DNA of 64,000 nucleotides from positions 128,001-192,000 of the forward strand of contig CAVTRC010000001.1 of NCBI GenBank assembly GCA_963737065.1, written 5' to 3'. The position numbers and the translations under genes were made by a program. This document shows positions 20,297 to 30,620 of the stretch, piece by piece. The notes under the pieces were generated by a model. It had not been told where the DNA came from. It worked only from the letters and a program-made list of their open reading frames with translations, and searched no databases. Position 1 is the stretch's first letter. Each line of letters opens with the position of its first letter. Source of the stretch: Candidatus Eremiobacteria bacterium. GTDB lineage: Bacteria; Vulcanimicrobiota; Vulcanimicrobiia; Vulcanimicrobiales; Vulcanimicrobiaceae.

Positions 20297-21429
20297 GCCA
20301 CACCCTCCTTTGTTCCCGATGCGAGCTGCGCAACGAGTATCGCAGCGTCTCTCGCGGCGTTTGGCCGTCCGTATCGCCGCGCGGCTTGAATCATTCGGTT
20401 GCGTCGAGCGGAATCCGTCAGCACATTCATGAGGAGTTGCGGCAATTCACGCATTCTGCGTGCGCGCACCGCCGCTCCCCATTCCGTGAGCACCTTCACG
20501 TTGCGTTCTTCTTGTCCCGGCAACGGCTTGCAGAGAACGAGCGGTACTTCAGCGGCGAGCGCCTCGGCCGTGCTCAATCCGCCGGGCTTGCTGACGAACG
20601 CGTCGGCGGCGTGCATGTAGTCGTACACGTTGTGTACAAAGCGCAGGACGCGCACGGGATATTGCATGCCTTCGGCAACGCTCAAAACGCGCGTCTCGAC
20701 ACGCGAATTCCGGCCGGCGATTACGACGGCTGCGATCGGCGCTCCGACATCCTTCATCGCGCGCAGCATGTTTGCGAGCGGAGCGAAACCGAGCCCACCA
20801 CCCATCATCAATGCCACTTGACGGTCCGGTGGAAGACCGAGACGCTCGCGCAGCGATTCGGCGCTTTCTTTCGTCCGCGCAAAATGCGGATCGACCGGAA
20901 TACCGCTCGCGACGATGCGCTCCGGGCGTACGCCGCGCGCGATCATCGTGTCGCGAATGGCGTCTGTACTCACGCAGTATGCGTCGATATTGTCGTGAAT
21001 CCAAAACGTGTGCACCGCAAAATCGGTTACGATTCCGACGACGGGTGGCGCATCGGCGAACATGCGCTTGTACTCGGCCATTGCGCCGGTGGGAAAGGCG
21101 TGCGTGCAGACGACGACGTCGGGGCGCTCTCGTGCGAAGAGCGCGCGCAGATTGCCCGCGGTGAACTGGTGCGCCCACGTACGGAATGGGCCGACTTCGG
21201 TCGCTCGTTCCGCGCGATTGTAGATGTAGCCGTACATCTGCGGAATCGTTTTGACCATCTGGAGATACCCTTCGGACACCACGCGCGACACGACGAGCGC
21301 CGCATATTTGTACGAGTCGACGACGGTCGTGCGGGCCGCGGGATCGATCTCGCGCAATGCGGCGCACACCGCGTTCGCGGCGGAGAGATGACCGGCGCCG
21401 ACGTTCGCGGACAAAAACAGGACGCGGAT
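20293..21429 (-). CDS. MGDG synthase / UgtP-like diacylglycerol glycosyltransferase (GT28)
   Basis: RVLFLSANVGAGH, VCTHAFP, VTDF..H..W, SKPGGLSTAEA, PGQEERN; probable ATC start. Confidence 0.9.
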   Translation of the reverse strand: MRVLFLSANVGAGHLSAANAVCAALREIDPAARTTVVDSYKYAALVVSRVVSEGYLQMVKTIPQMYGYIYNRAERATEVGPFRTWAHQFTAGNLRALFARERPDVVVCTHAFPTGAMAEYKRMFADAPPVVGIVTDFAVHTFWIHDNIDAYCVSTDAIRDTMIARGVRPERIVASGIPVDPHFARTKESAESLRERLGLPPDRQVALMMGGGLGFAPLANMLRAMKDVGAPIAAVVIAGRNSRVETRVLSVAEGMQYPVRVLRFVHNVYDYMHAADAFVSKPGGLSTAEALAAEVPLVLCKPLPGQEERNVKVLTEWGAAVRARRMRELPQLLMNVLTDSARRNRMIQAARRYGRPNAARDAAILVAQLASGTKEGVA

Positions 21430-21731
21430 TACGTCTCGCCTCCGCCCTCGTCTCCCGCCTCTTCGGCGAAGACGAGGAATTCGTCGAGAATCTCTTGCGC
21501 TAGATCGTCGTCTTCGAGAAGATTGCCCTCGAGGTCGGTGACGATGAATTCGCTCTCGCCCTCTTCTTCTTTCGGTTCGTGCATCAACACCGCGTACGAT
21601 GATCCGTCATCGGGATCTTCGAGAATGCCGACGACTTCGAACGGCAGCTCGCCACCGTCCTTGGTTTCGATGTAGAGCACTTCGCTCAGTTCGAGCGGGC
21701 CGCTCTTAGCTTCACCGTTGTTGGACGACAT
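21429..21731 (-). CDS. DUF1292 domain protein
   Basis: Acidic 100 aa protein, FEVVGILE...YAVL; usual neighbour of ruvX/mltG. Confidence 0.75.
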   Translation of the reverse strand: MSSNNGEAKSGPLELSEVLYIETKDGGELPFEVVGILEDPDDGSSYAVLMHEPKEEEGESEFIVTDLEGNLLEDDDLAQEILDEFLVFAEEAGDEGGGET

Positions 21732-21749
21732 GGTTAGCTCCTATACCGT

Positions 21750-22748
21750 TTAGTGCAAGCACCGCGCCACATTGGCCTGATGCTCAGCAAGCGTCTTCGC
21801 AAAGACATGGTGCCCGTTCCCGCAATACACGTAATAAAGTGCGTCGGTGGGAGCCGGGTGGAAGGCGGCTTCGAGGGACGCATGTCCGGGATTGGCAATC
21901 GGCGTGGGCGGAAGCCCGGGATACAGATACGTGTTATACGGCGACTGTATCTTCAGGTCGCCGAAGGAAAGCTGCGTCTTATGCTGCGGAAGCGCGTATT
22001 CGATCGTCGCATCGATCTGCAGCGCCATATTGAGTCTCAAGCGGTTGTAGATGACGCCGGCGATCAATGGGCGATCGCTATCGACTTTTGCCTCGCGTTC
22101 GACGAGCGACGCTACGGTAACCCCCTGCGGTACGGTGACGTGCAGCGCTCGTGCACGCGCCGTTGCGTCCGGCGGCAACTCCTTGAAGAACTCCGCGGTG
22201 AACTGCTTCTGAATTTGCGCACCCGTTGCATCGAGCGGAATCAGGTACGTGCTTGGAAACAGAAAGCCCTCGAGATTGCGCGTCGTCGTTCCGTCTACGT
22301 CGAGCGGCGTATTGAGAAAATATTGCTCGAACCTGCGCGCCGAACCGACGCCGGCCGACTGCAGACGGTCGGCAATTTGGGAAGCGGTGAAGCCTTCGGG
22401 AATCGTCACCCATGTTGCGATCTGCGCGCCGCCGGTCAACAGCGCGTGCAGCACTTCCGACGCCGATTGATGCGGCGAGAACTGAAATCCGCCCGCATGT
22501 GCCTGCGCGTCAGCATGCTGGATGCGGGCGAGGAGACGAAACATCGTTGCGTTCGAAATCACGCCGGCGTCCGCAAGTTGACGCGCGATATCGCCGAGCG
22601 TCGAACCGCGCGGCACGACGATCTGCGTCGACTGCACGGGATGCGACCGGTCGCCGTACACGCTGTACAAGAACCACGTGAGGATCGCCGCAACGAGCAG
22701 CGCGGCGGCACCGATGATACCGCCCGTTACGCGAAGCGTCTGCTTCAT
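21750..22748 (-). CDS. mltG: Endolytic transglycosylase MltG
   Basis: N-terminal TM, VTIPEG, LEGFLFPSTY, ASLVERE, SPYNTY..PGLPPTPIANPG. Confidence 0.95.
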   Translation of the reverse strand: MKQTLRVTGGIIGAAALLVAAILTWFLYSVYGDRSHPVQSTQIVVPRGSTLGDIARQLADAGVISNATMFRLLARIQHADAQAHAGGFQFSPHQSASEVLHALLTGGAQIATWVTIPEGFTASQIADRLQSAGVGSARRFEQYFLNTPLDVDGTTTRNLEGFLFPSTYLIPLDATGAQIQKQFTAEFFKELPPDATARARALHVTVPQGVTVASLVEREAKVDSDRPLIAGVIYNRLRLNMALQIDATIEYALPQHKTQLSFGDLKIQSPYNTYLYPGLPPTPIANPGHASLEAAFHPAPTDALYYVYCGNGHHVFAKTLAEHQANVARCLH

Positions 22749-23167
22749 CGTCCCTCGTTGCGCCGGCGGGCAAGAAACGTTTCGAGGATCAACGCCGCCG
22801 CCATTTTATCGACGACTTCTTTGCGCTTCTTACGCGACACGTCGGCGGCGATCAGCGTCTTGGTCGCCTGCGCCGTCGTCATCCGTTCGTCCACTCGGTG
22901 AATTCGACCGGAAAATACCTCGCGCAGTTGCTCGACGAAAATGTCCATCTTCTGCGCCGCGATTCCGCGTTCGCCCCCCAGGGAAACCGGATCGCCGACG
23001 ACGAGTTCGCGCACCATATATGATTCGAAATACTCTGCGAGCTTCGCGAAATCGGCACGACGATTGGAACGCTCCACCGTGCCGACCGGCAATGCGAACG
23101 TTTCGGTCGGATCGGCAACGGCAATGCCGATACGTTTGCTGCCGACGTCGAGCGCCATGATGCTCAC
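22745..23167 (-). CDS. ruvX: RuvX/YqgF family nuclease
   Basis: ALDVGSKRIGIA, VDERMTT, VDKMAAALIL; GTG overlaps the recO TAG. Confidence 0.93.
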   Translation of the reverse strand: MSIMALDVGSKRIGIAVADPTETFALPVGTVERSNRRADFAKLAEYFESYMVRELVVGDPVSLGGERGIAAQKMDIFVEQLREVFSGRIHRVDERMTTAQATKTLIAADVSRKKRKEVVDKMAAALILETFLARRRNEGR

Positions 23168-23904
23168 TACTGAGAAGCGCCTGAAGACGTGGACTTCGGC
23201 CTGCGGCCGAGATGATGTACGATGAGCGCGTCGACCGCGTGGGCGACACGCGGTCGCGCGAGGAGACCTGCGCCGCCTTGCCCGCGCGGTGTGGCGAGCT
23301 GGGCGAGATTGCTCAAGTCGCCGGCATCCAGCTCGATGAGATCGCGCCACCGCTCGCGGCATCGCGAACAAATAAACCCGCCGGCCTCACCGTCGACCCA
23401 CGCGCGAGCGCTTTCAAACGGACGTCCGCAGCGCACGCACGTATCGACGGGCGGTTCAATTCCGAGAGCGGAGAGCAGGCGCAATGAGAACCGCGGGACG
23501 AGCACGCTCGGCGAACTACTTGCCGCAATGGCATTGAGCATATTGGCAAGCAACGCGTAGACGTCGGGAAGCGCAAGCGCCGGCTCGCAGAACGCGTCGA
23601 TCAATTCAGCGACGAGCTGCGCAACAGCGAAACGTTCCGGTTCGACGAGCGACTGCCACGGCGCGTTGACGATATCCGCATGCACGATGACGTCGAGCGA
23701 ACGGCCGCGATGCATCTGGAGTACGCACTCGTTCGCGAACTCCAACCGTCCGCCGAGATGACTTTTGGCGCGACGCACGCCTTTTGCGACCGCATCCAAC
23801 TTGCCGCTTTCGGTAGAAAACAACGTGACGATGCGATCCGCTTCTCCCAGTGGGCGCGCGCGCAAAACGATACCGCGAGTCTTATACGAACGGTCCGAAG
23901 GAAT
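23167..23904 (-). CDS. recO: DNA repair protein RecO (start uncertain, possibly ATT at 23904)
   Basis: YKTRGIVLR..LGEADRIVTLFS..GKLDAVAKGVRR; CxxC...CxxC zinc finger. Confidence 0.93.
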   Translation of the reverse strand: MPSDRSYKTRGIVLRARPLGEADRIVTLFSTESGKLDAVAKGVRRAKSHLGGRLEFANECVLQMHRGRSLDVIVHADIVNAPWQSLVEPERFAVAQLVAELIDAFCEPALALPDVYALLANMLNAIAASSSPSVLVPRFSLRLLSALGIEPPVDTCVRCGRPFESARAWVDGEAGGFICSRCRERWRDLIELDAGDLSNLAQLATPRGQGGAGLLARPRVAHAVDALIVHHLGRRPKSTSSGASQ

Positions 23905-24274
23905 GCGGCAATAGCTCCGCTGCAGTCGTCTCGATCGTACCGCTCGATGCGGTGAAGACGACCGCCATATTGAGGTTGAATTCGGCAAGTACTTGCCGGC
24001 AGGCGCCGCACGGACTGGTCAACACTCCTTCGGGTCCCGCGATCGCAATCGCGGCGAACTGGCGAAATCCCGCGGCAATCGCCGCGAAGATGGCTGCGCG
24101 CTCGGCGCACATCGACAGTCCGTAACTCGCGTTCTCGACGTTTGAACCGACAATGAGATTGCCGTCCCCCGCATCGACGGCCGCTCCGACACGGAAATCG
24201 GAATACGGCGCATACGCGCGTTCGCGAGCTTCGCGGGCAGCGGAGAGCAGCTCGTCAAAATCAGGGGGCGACAT
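23882..24274 (-). CDS. cdd: Cytidine deaminase
   Basis: AYAPYSDFRVGAA, NVENASYGLSMCAER, PCGACRQ. Confidence 0.96.
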   Translation of the reverse strand: MSPPDFDELLSAAREARERAYAPYSDFRVGAAVDAGDGNLIVGSNVENASYGLSMCAERAAIFAAIAAGFRQFAAIAIAGPEGVLTSPCGACRQVLAEFNLNMAVVFTASSGTIETTAAELLPHSFGPFV

Positions 24275-25580
24275 CGTGTTCCGCTCCTTCGCCTTCGACG
24301 CGTTCCTCGGCAATGGGACGGCTGGTAAAGACGCGCACGGTCAAAATACGCCGTCCGCGCGTACGCTCGACCTTGAAGCGCGTCTGTGGATCGGCTTCGA
24401 TCTCTTCCCCTTCTTTCGGTAGCCGGCCGAAGAGGCCGACGATGTACCCGCCGATCGTTTCAAAATCTTGCGTCGGAATGTGCGTGCCGAGCGCGTCATT
24501 CACATCGTCGATATTCGTGCCCGCTTCGACGACCGCTTCATCCTCCGAAACGACGTGGATCGGTTCCTGCTCGTCGACGTCGTGCTCGTCGCGTATCTCA
24601 CCGACGATTTCTTCAAGCAGATCTTCCATCGTCACGAGGCCGGCCGTGCCGCCGTATTCGTCCATTACGATCGCCATCGAAAACTTCTCGCGCTGCATGT
24701 CGCGCAGCAGCTCCGCGAGTTTCTTCGTTTCCGGAACGTGCTGCACCGGGCGCATTAAGGTGCGCAAACTGGTCTGCGCGAGCGAGCCGTTTGCAAGTGC
24801 AATCAGCAACTCGCGGTCGTGCACGACCCCGATGATGTCGTCCTTCGATTCCTGGTAGACCGGGAGCTTCGAATAGCCTTCGGCAATGACCACGTCGAGC
24901 GCGCGCCTCGGCGAGTCGTCGATCGAGACCGCGACGATTTCGGGACGAGGCGTCATGACTTCGCGCACGATCGTATCGCCGAACTCGATGACCGAATGTA
25001 TCATCTCGCGCTCTTCTTCTTCGATCACGCGCTGTTCCGCACCGACATTGACGAGCGCGCGAATGTCTTCTTCGGTGACGTACATGTGAGGCGAGTGCTT
25101 GACGCCCACGATCCGCAGCAACAGGTTTGCGATGAAAATGAAGACGTTCGTAATCGGCGTGAGGATAGCGTTTGCCAGACGCATCGGCTTTCCGAGTATG
25201 AGTAAATACCGTTCTCCCGCCGAGCTTGCAACCGTCTTCGGAATGATCTCACCGAAGAGCAGCAGTACGATCGTCATGACGATGGTTGACCAAACCGCGG
25301 GATTCGGCACACCGAGATCGAGCATGATCGCGGTCGCGAGCGAATCTGCGGCCAGCAGCGCGATCGTGTTCCCGATCAGGATCGAGCTCAGCATGTGGCT
25401 CTTATCGTCGACGAGTTTCAGCACGTTGCTCGCGCCCCGGACCTTCCCCTCGATCAGCGAGCGGGCGCGCAAGCGCGAGACGGCGACCAGCGCCGTTTCC
25501 GACGCCGAGAAAAACGCGGAGAAAAATACGAGGAGGACGAGTGCGGCGATTTCAAGCCAGTGGGGGTGGGCCGCCGTCAT
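24261..25580 (-). CDS. HlyC/CorC (CNNM + CBS) family transporter
   Basis: SAFFSASETAL, FGEIIPK, VREVMTPR, DEYGGTAGLVTMEDLLEEIVGEI. Confidence 0.93.
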   Translation of the reverse strand: MTAAHPHWLEIAALVLLVFFSAFFSASETALVAVSRLRARSLIEGKVRGASNVLKLVDDKSHMLSSILIGNTIALLAADSLATAIMLDLGVPNPAVWSTIVMTIVLLLFGEIIPKTVASSAGERYLLILGKPMRLANAILTPITNVFIFIANLLLRIVGVKHSPHMYVTEEDIRALVNVGAEQRVIEEEEREMIHSVIEFGDTIVREVMTPRPEIVAVSIDDSPRRALDVVIAEGYSKLPVYQESKDDIIGVVHDRELLIALANGSLAQTSLRTLMRPVQHVPETKKLAELLRDMQREKFSMAIVMDEYGGTAGLVTMEDLLEEIVGEIRDEHDVDEQEPIHVVSEDEAVVEAGTNIDDVNDALGTHIPTQDFETIGGYIVGLFGRLPKEGEEIEADPQTRFKVERTRGRRILTVRVFTSRPIAEERVEGEGAEHDVAP

Positions 25581-25655
25581 CGATCCATGCCTCGCGTGAG
25601 GTGGCCGGGCCGCGGCCCGCAGCTTCGGTACGGGTCTTTCTTCAAATCGGCGCCA

Positions 25656-26360
25656 TTATAACACAAGGTGCGGGCGCGCCAAGAGGTAGATTGCCAAAGC
25701 GGCGACGGTACCGAGCACTGCCCCGGCGACGACCTCCGCCGTCGAGTGGATGTTCGCCTCGACGCGAGTCTGCGCCACCAGAAAGGCAATGAAGTACGCG
25801 AGCAGCGCCGGGAGCGGTCGCTGGTAGAGAAACGCAAGCAGCGTCGCGGCCGCGAACGAGAGTGCCGCATGGCCGGAAACGGCACCGCCTTGCAGTGCGG
25901 AGCCGCGCCCGACCCAAGCCTTCGCGAAGATCGTGACGATCGCGACCGCAAAGAGCACAACGAACGCCACGTTGCTCGGTACGGTCGCGACGGCGGCGAA
26001 GACGCGTTGGCCGCCGTTGATGATGCCCTGGTAAAACACCAAGTATCCGACGAGGACGGCCGCGATCGAAGACACCAGCACAGCTCCCGCGGCTGCATCT
26101 TTTGCGGTCTTCGCAAGCGGATGGTGGGTTACCGTCAACAGGTCGACGATCGCTTCGACCGCCGTATTGAGCAGTTCGAGCGCCAGTACGATCGCAATGA
26201 TAATGACGAGCGCGACGATGTAGTAGCGGTCCAGCCGTAAGAATAGCGACGCAAGCACGACGAGCAACGCAATGAGGAAATGGATGCGCATATTCTGCTG
26301 CGTGCGTGCCGCGTACATAATGCCTTCGAATGCATGATTGAACGAACGCCAGAACTTCAT
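25656..26360 (-). CDS. dgkA: Diacylglycerol/undecaprenol kinase fused to a PAP2-like domain
   Basis: SFNHAFEGI, ELLNTAVEAIVD, AKDAAAGAV; SGHAALSF, RVEANIH. Confidence 0.9.
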   Translation of the reverse strand: MKFWRSFNHAFEGIMYAARTQQNMRIHFLIALLVVLASLFLRLDRYYIVALVIIIAIVLALELLNTAVEAIVDLLTVTHHPLAKTAKDAAAGAVLVSSIAAVLVGYLVFYQGIINGGQRVFAAVATVPSNVAFVVLFAVAIVTIFAKAWVGRGSALQGGAVSGHAALSFAAATLLAFLYQRPLPALLAYFIAFLVAQTRVEANIHSTAEVVAGAVLGTVAALAIYLLARPHLVL

Positions 26361-26809
26361 TGCCGGCTCTCATACGGCCACGGCATCCCGATCGTGCCGG
26401 CAAGCCGCCGTTCTTCGCGCTCCATTACATTGCGCTCTCTGCTTTTCATGTGATCGTGTCCGAGCACGTGCAGCAGGCCGTGAATGAGCAACCGATAGAT
26501 CTCGCGCTGCACCGGCGCATCGTAATCGGCGGCCTGACGGCGAGCAGTGTCGATGCTGATCACGATATCACCGAGCAATCGTTCTTGCGAGAACGGTTCG
26601 GGTTCAAGGGGAAAGCTCAGCACGTCGGTCGCCGTGTCTTTGCCGCGGTGCTCGCGATTGATCTCGCGAATCGCCTCATCATCGACGATCGTTACCGAAA
26701 TCGTGGATTCCGGTTCACCAACCGCGTTCAACAACGTGCGCATCGTGGCTTTGAGCGCACGCGCATCGACACGGCTGCCGCGCACGTCATTCCGATAGTG
26801 GACGTGCAT
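26357..26809 (-). CDS. ybeY: rRNA maturation endoribonuclease YbeY
   Basis: TDVLSFP, LGDIVIS, HGLLHVLGHDH. Confidence 0.96.
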   Translation of the reverse strand: MHVHYRNDVRGSRVDARALKATMRTLLNAVGEPESTISVTIVDDEAIREINREHRGKDTATDVLSFPLEPEPFSQERLLGDIVISIDTARRQAADYDAPVQREIYRLLIHGLLHVLGHDHMKSRERNVMEREERRLAGTIGMPWPYESRQ

Positions 26810-27740
26810 ACGCGCGGATAATGTGCGCAACGAGCGGATGACGAACGACGTCGCTCTCGGTGAGCTCGACGACCCCGATGTCGTCGAGCCGCTCCAGCCG
26901 TCCCGCCGCATCGCGCAAGCCGCTGCGCGCGCCCGACGGCAGATCGATTTGCGTCACGTCACCGTTGACGACCATCTTCGAACCGGTCCCCAACCGCGTG
27001 AGAAACATCTTTAGTTGATCGGACGTGGCGTTTTGCGCTTCATCGAGGATGATGAACGCGTCGTTGAGCGTGCGTCCGCGCATGTACGCGAGCGGGGCGA
27101 CTTCAATCGTCGCGCGCTCGAGATACTTTGCGACCACGGTGCCGTCGAGCAAGTCTTCAAGCGCATCGTAGAGCGGACGTAGATACGGGTCGACTTTCTC
27201 TCGCAGATCGCCAGGGAGAAAGCCGAGTTTTTCTCCGGCTTCAACGGCGGGACGCGAGAGGATCACCCGCGAGACGTCGCGATTTTTCAGCGCTCGCACG
27301 GCCATGACGACGGCCAGAAACGTTTTACCGGTTCCGGCGGGACCGATGCCGATCGTTAATGTATTGTGATCGATGGAACGCACGAACGCGCGTTGACCCG
27401 CGGTTTTCGGCCGGATCTCTTTGCCGCGATGATTGCGCAGCAACGTTCCCGGCAACTTGCGCCCGCCGGGCGCTTCACGCACGTCCGACACGGCAAGCGC
27501 AACGTCATCCGGTGTGATTTGCGCGCCTTCTACCGCTGCATCGAGCATGCGGCGCACGGCGTGTTCCGCGCGATCGACGTTCTCTTGTTCGCCTGCAAGC
27601 AGCAACCGGTTTCCGTCGGCGCGCACCCTGACGTCGAGGCGGTCCTCGAGCGCCGAGAGATTTTGATCGAGTTGTCCGAAGAGCCGGACGTGGTCGGTTA
27701 ATTCACTCAGATCGACGGTTCGCTGTGCCGTGGACTCCAG
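26787..27740 (-). CDS. phoH: PhoH family ATPase (probable CTG start at 27740)
   Basis: GPAGTGKT, RPAVEAGEKLGFLPGD, YMRGRT, DEAQN; in-frame upstream LFGQLDQNL. Confidence 0.93.
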   Translation of the reverse strand: MESTAQRTVDLSELTDHVRLFGQLDQNLSALEDRLDVRVRADGNRLLLAGEQENVDRAEHAVRRMLDAAVEGAQITPDDVALAVSDVREAPGGRKLPGTLLRNHRGKEIRPKTAGQRAFVRSIDHNTLTIGIGPAGTGKTFLAVVMAVRALKNRDVSRVILSRPAVEAGEKLGFLPGDLREKVDPYLRPLYDALEDLLDGTVVAKYLERATIEVAPLAYMRGRTLNDAFIILDEAQNATSDQLKMFLTRLGTGSKMVVNGDVTQIDLPSGARSGLRDAAGRLERLDDIGVVELTESDVVRHPLVAHIIRAYARPLSE

Positions 27741-28165
27741 GTTGATTGCTCCTGCAAAGCTTTGGGCGGTCCGAGAACCTCAGCCGCGATGACGGTACGC
27801 ACCAGGTTCCCTCGTTCGAACATACCACGAAAGCCACCCGTTCCATGCGCAGGCTCCGGCAGGAGCATCGGCGCCGCCATCGCAGGCGGTGGTGCGACAA
27901 CCGGCGGCGCCACCACGCTGGGCGCTTCCGCCGGTGCTGCTTGCGCTTGCTGCACAGCGGGCTGCGTGAACCATTGGCGCTGCGGAACCGGCTGTTGCGC
28001 TCGAGACTGACGTACGGGGACCGCTTCCGCACGACGCGACTGGATTGTCTGTACGGAGCGTCTAGCTTTTCGCGCGTTCGATACGATGCTGCCGATCCCG
28101 CCGATGACGAGCAAGACGATCCAGATGAGCGTCTCCGGATGAATCGCCGCGAGAATCGGCGTCAT
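27707..28165 (-). CDS. YqfB-like membrane-anchored protein
   Basis: N-terminal [16 protein letters not shown]-terminal motif; directly after floA. Confidence 0.7.
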   Translation of the reverse strand: MTPILAAIHPETLIWIVLLVIGGIGSIVSNARKARRSVQTIQSRRAEAVPVRQSRAQQPVPQRQWFTQPAVQQAQAAPAEAPSVVAPPVVAPPPAMAAPMLLPEPAHGTGGFRGMFERGNLVRTVIAAEVLGPPKALQEQSTWSPRHSEPSI

Positions 28166-29169
28166 CGAGTACCCGGCGGCTGCGGCGGACTCTCGGGAGG
28201 CTTTTCGCCGTCGACGCCTCCGCCGATCGCATCGCGCATCGTCGTATCGGCCTGAATGTTCTTCAACCGATAGTAATCCATCACGCCCAGATTACCGCTT
28301 TTGAATGCACCCGCAATTGCGAGCGGAATCGCGGCTTCGGCTTCGACGACCCTCGCACGCATTGCTTGTGTCTGCGCCTTCTGCTCTTGTTCCGATGCGA
28401 TCGCCGCATATTGACGTTCCGAGGCTTTCGCTTGCGCGATGCGGCGGTCGGCTTCCGCTTGCGACGTCTGCAACTCCGCGCCGATGTTCTTGCCGACGTC
28501 GACATCCGCGATGTCGATCGATACGATTTCAAAGGCGGTTCCCGCGTCCAGTCCCTTCGTGAGCACCGTCTTCGAGATACGATCCGGGTATTCGAGTACT
28601 TCTTTGTGATCGATCGCGGCACCGACGGCTGAGACGACGCCTTCACCGACGCGCGCGATAATCGTCTGCTCGCCGGCACCGCCGACGTAGCGGTCGAGAT
28701 TGCTGCGCACCGTCACACGCGCCTTGACGTTCAACTGAATGCCGTTTTGGGCGACGCCTTGAAAAACCGGCGTTTCGATCACCTTCGGAACGACGGATGT
28801 TTGCAAGGCTTCGACGACGTTGCGGCCCGCGAGATCGATCGCTGCCGCGCGCTGCCACTCGAGCGGAATCTGCGCACGCTGCGCGGCGATCATCGCAAGC
28901 GTGACGTTTTCCACGTTACCGCCCGCGAGGTAATGCGACTGCATTTGGTCGACGGTGAGGTCCAAGCCGGCTTTGCGAGCGCGGACGTAGTTGGTAACGA
29001 TAACGCCGGGCGGAATGCGAATCAAGCGCATGCGCAGCAGCGATATGATGCTGAGCGGTACGCCGGCCGCAATCGTGCTGATCCACAGACCGATCGGAAA
29101 ATAGTAGAGAAACGTGAAAAAGAGAATGACGGCGACAAAGAAGATTACCGCCGCGCTCACTGCAACCAC
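28162..29169 (-). CDS. floA: Flotillin-like protein FloA (YqfA)
   Basis: [45 protein letters not shown]. Confidence 0.95.
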   Translation of the reverse strand: MVAVSAAVIFFVAVILFFTFLYYFPIGLWISTIAAGVPLSIISLLRMRLIRIPPGVIVTNYVRARKAGLDLTVDQMQSHYLAGGNVENVTLAMIAAQRAQIPLEWQRAAAIDLAGRNVVEALQTSVVPKVIETPVFQGVAQNGIQLNVKARVTVRSNLDRYVGGAGEQTIIARVGEGVVSAVGAAIDHKEVLEYPDRISKTVLTKGLDAGTAFEIVSIDIADVDVGKNIGAELQTSQAEADRRIAQAKASERQYAAIASEQEQKAQTQAMRARVVEAEAAIPLAIAGAFKSGNLGVMDYYRLKNIQADTTMRDAIGGGVDGEKPPESPPQPPGTR

Positions 29170-29192
29170 CGTGTTTCCAACCTTCCTTTTTA

Positions 29193-29242
29193 GTCCTGAG
29201 CGTAGTCGAAGGGCCTTTTTAGTGCTGAGCCATATCAAAGGC
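29193..29242. repeat. Two tandem copies (one degenerate) of a GTCCTGAGC-N2-3-GTCGAAGG dispersed repeat
   Basis: gtcctgagcgtagtcgaaggg and gtgctgagccatatcaaagg, 29-nt period; related copies at 38511 and 55442. Confidence 0.7.
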
Positions 29243-30562
29243 TCATTTATAGCTCGGGAGAGTTACGGGCTCCACGAATATGCGCGCACCTTCGACGCGC
29301 GTGACGCGAACCGGCGTCCCTGCCGGAATGAATTCCCCTTCGGTCAACACATCGACACGCCGCCCGTCGATCGACACGATACCCGCGGGACGAAGATACG
29401 ACGATGCGGTGCCGACCGCACCGCGCAGCGCCGTGAAGTCGGTGCTCGTGACGTAGTCGGGACCTTGCGCGGCGACGAGCGTCAGTTTGTGCATCCACGC
29501 GTTTTCCGGGAACACCCGGGTGAAGAATGCGAACGCGATGACGGTGAGGATGATTGCCGTCGAAACGCTTTCGATCGCGACGAAGAAAAACGGCACGCCG
29601 AACGCGAGCAGCACCGCTGCCAGTAAGGCAAGTGCGCCGAGTATGCCGGGAGCACCATGTCCGGGCACGACGTGCAATTCCCAGAGAATGCCGATCAAGC
29701 CGAGGAGCGCGAGCGCAATAACCAGCCCATTGGAGAATCCCGCGTACACGTGCGATCCGAAGAACAGCGCGAGTGCGGCAACGCCAACCGTTCCCGCGAT
29801 GCCGTGGAGTGTTTGCATCTCGAGGATGAGTCCGAGCGTGCCGAGCGTGAGTAACAGCGTGCTGACGGCCGGGTTGGTCGCGAATCGCGCGAGATCTTCG
29901 GCCCACGTGTACTGCGGCGCGATGCGCGGCGCATCGGCGAGATGCTGTGCTGCAAGCGCTGCATCGAGCGTCGGCGCTTGCGCCTGCGCAATGCCCGAAC
30001 GCAACGCATCGGACGTATTGAGCGTGAGGTATTGATTCGTCCCTTTATATTCGGGAACGGAAACGCTCGGATCGACCATCGCAGCCGCAAGCGTGGGATT
30101 ACGGTGCGTACGCTGCGCGGTCGATTCAAAATCCGCTTTCACGGCGGAGACGATTTCGCGGTCTGTCGGATGCGGTTGCGCGGCGCCGATCGATGCTCCC
30201 GGCGCCATGATAAGCGTATTCGATGCGAGTGAAATCAATGCAGCCGATGAATTCGCGCGGCTCGAGATGTACGCGATCACGGGTACTTTCGACGTGTAGA
30301 GCGCGTCCTTGATCGCGAACGCATCCTGTAACAAACCGCCCGTGCTGTTAACGTCGAGCACAAGCGCGCGCGCGTGATCGTCGTTCGCCGTGGCGACCGC
30401 CCGTTGAACCAAGTGTGCCATGCCGTCGTCGACGACGCCTTTGATCGGAACGATCACAATCGGCGCACCGGTCTCGGCGGCGCGCGCAAACGCGCCGAGC
30501 CCGTAACCGGTCAGGCCGAACCCGACCAGCGCGAGTGCGACCCAAGCGCGTAGAGTCCTCAT
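29243..30562 (-). CDS. nfeD: NfeD/YqeZ membrane-bound serine protease
   Basis: ClpP-like N-domain ([20 protein letters not shown]), TM bundle, C-terminal LRPAG...[10 protein letters not shown]. Confidence 0.92.
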   Translation of the reverse strand: MRTLRAWVALALVGFGLTGYGLGAFARAAETGAPIVIVPIKGVVDDGMAHLVQRAVATANDDHARALVLDVNSTGGLLQDAFAIKDALYTSKVPVIAYISSRANSSAALISLASNTLIMAPGASIGAAQPHPTDREIVSAVKADFESTAQRTHRNPTLAAAMVDPSVSVPEYKGTNQYLTLNTSDALRSGIAQAQAPTLDAALAAQHLADAPRIAPQYTWAEDLARFATNPAVSTLLLTLGTLGLILEMQTLHGIAGTVGVAALALFFGSHVYAGFSNGLVIALALLGLIGILWELHVVPGHGAPGILGALALLAAVLLAFGVPFFFVAIESVSTAIILTVIAFAFFTRVFPENAWMHKLTLVAAQGPDYVTSTDFTALRGAVGTASSYLRPAGIVSIDGRRVDVLTEGEFIPAGTPVRVTRVEGARIFVEPVTLPSYK

Positions 30563-30620
30563 ATTTCGTGCTACCTTCGGCGCATCTGAAGGTTGCAACC
30601 TCGATGCAAACGAGCCCGGC

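Noticed and set aside
20275..21675. Long antisense ORFs (also 21753-22901, 40907-42061, 44638-45858 and others)
   Set aside because: They shadow well-supported genes on the opposite strand, as expected in GC-rich DNA, and carry no family motifs.
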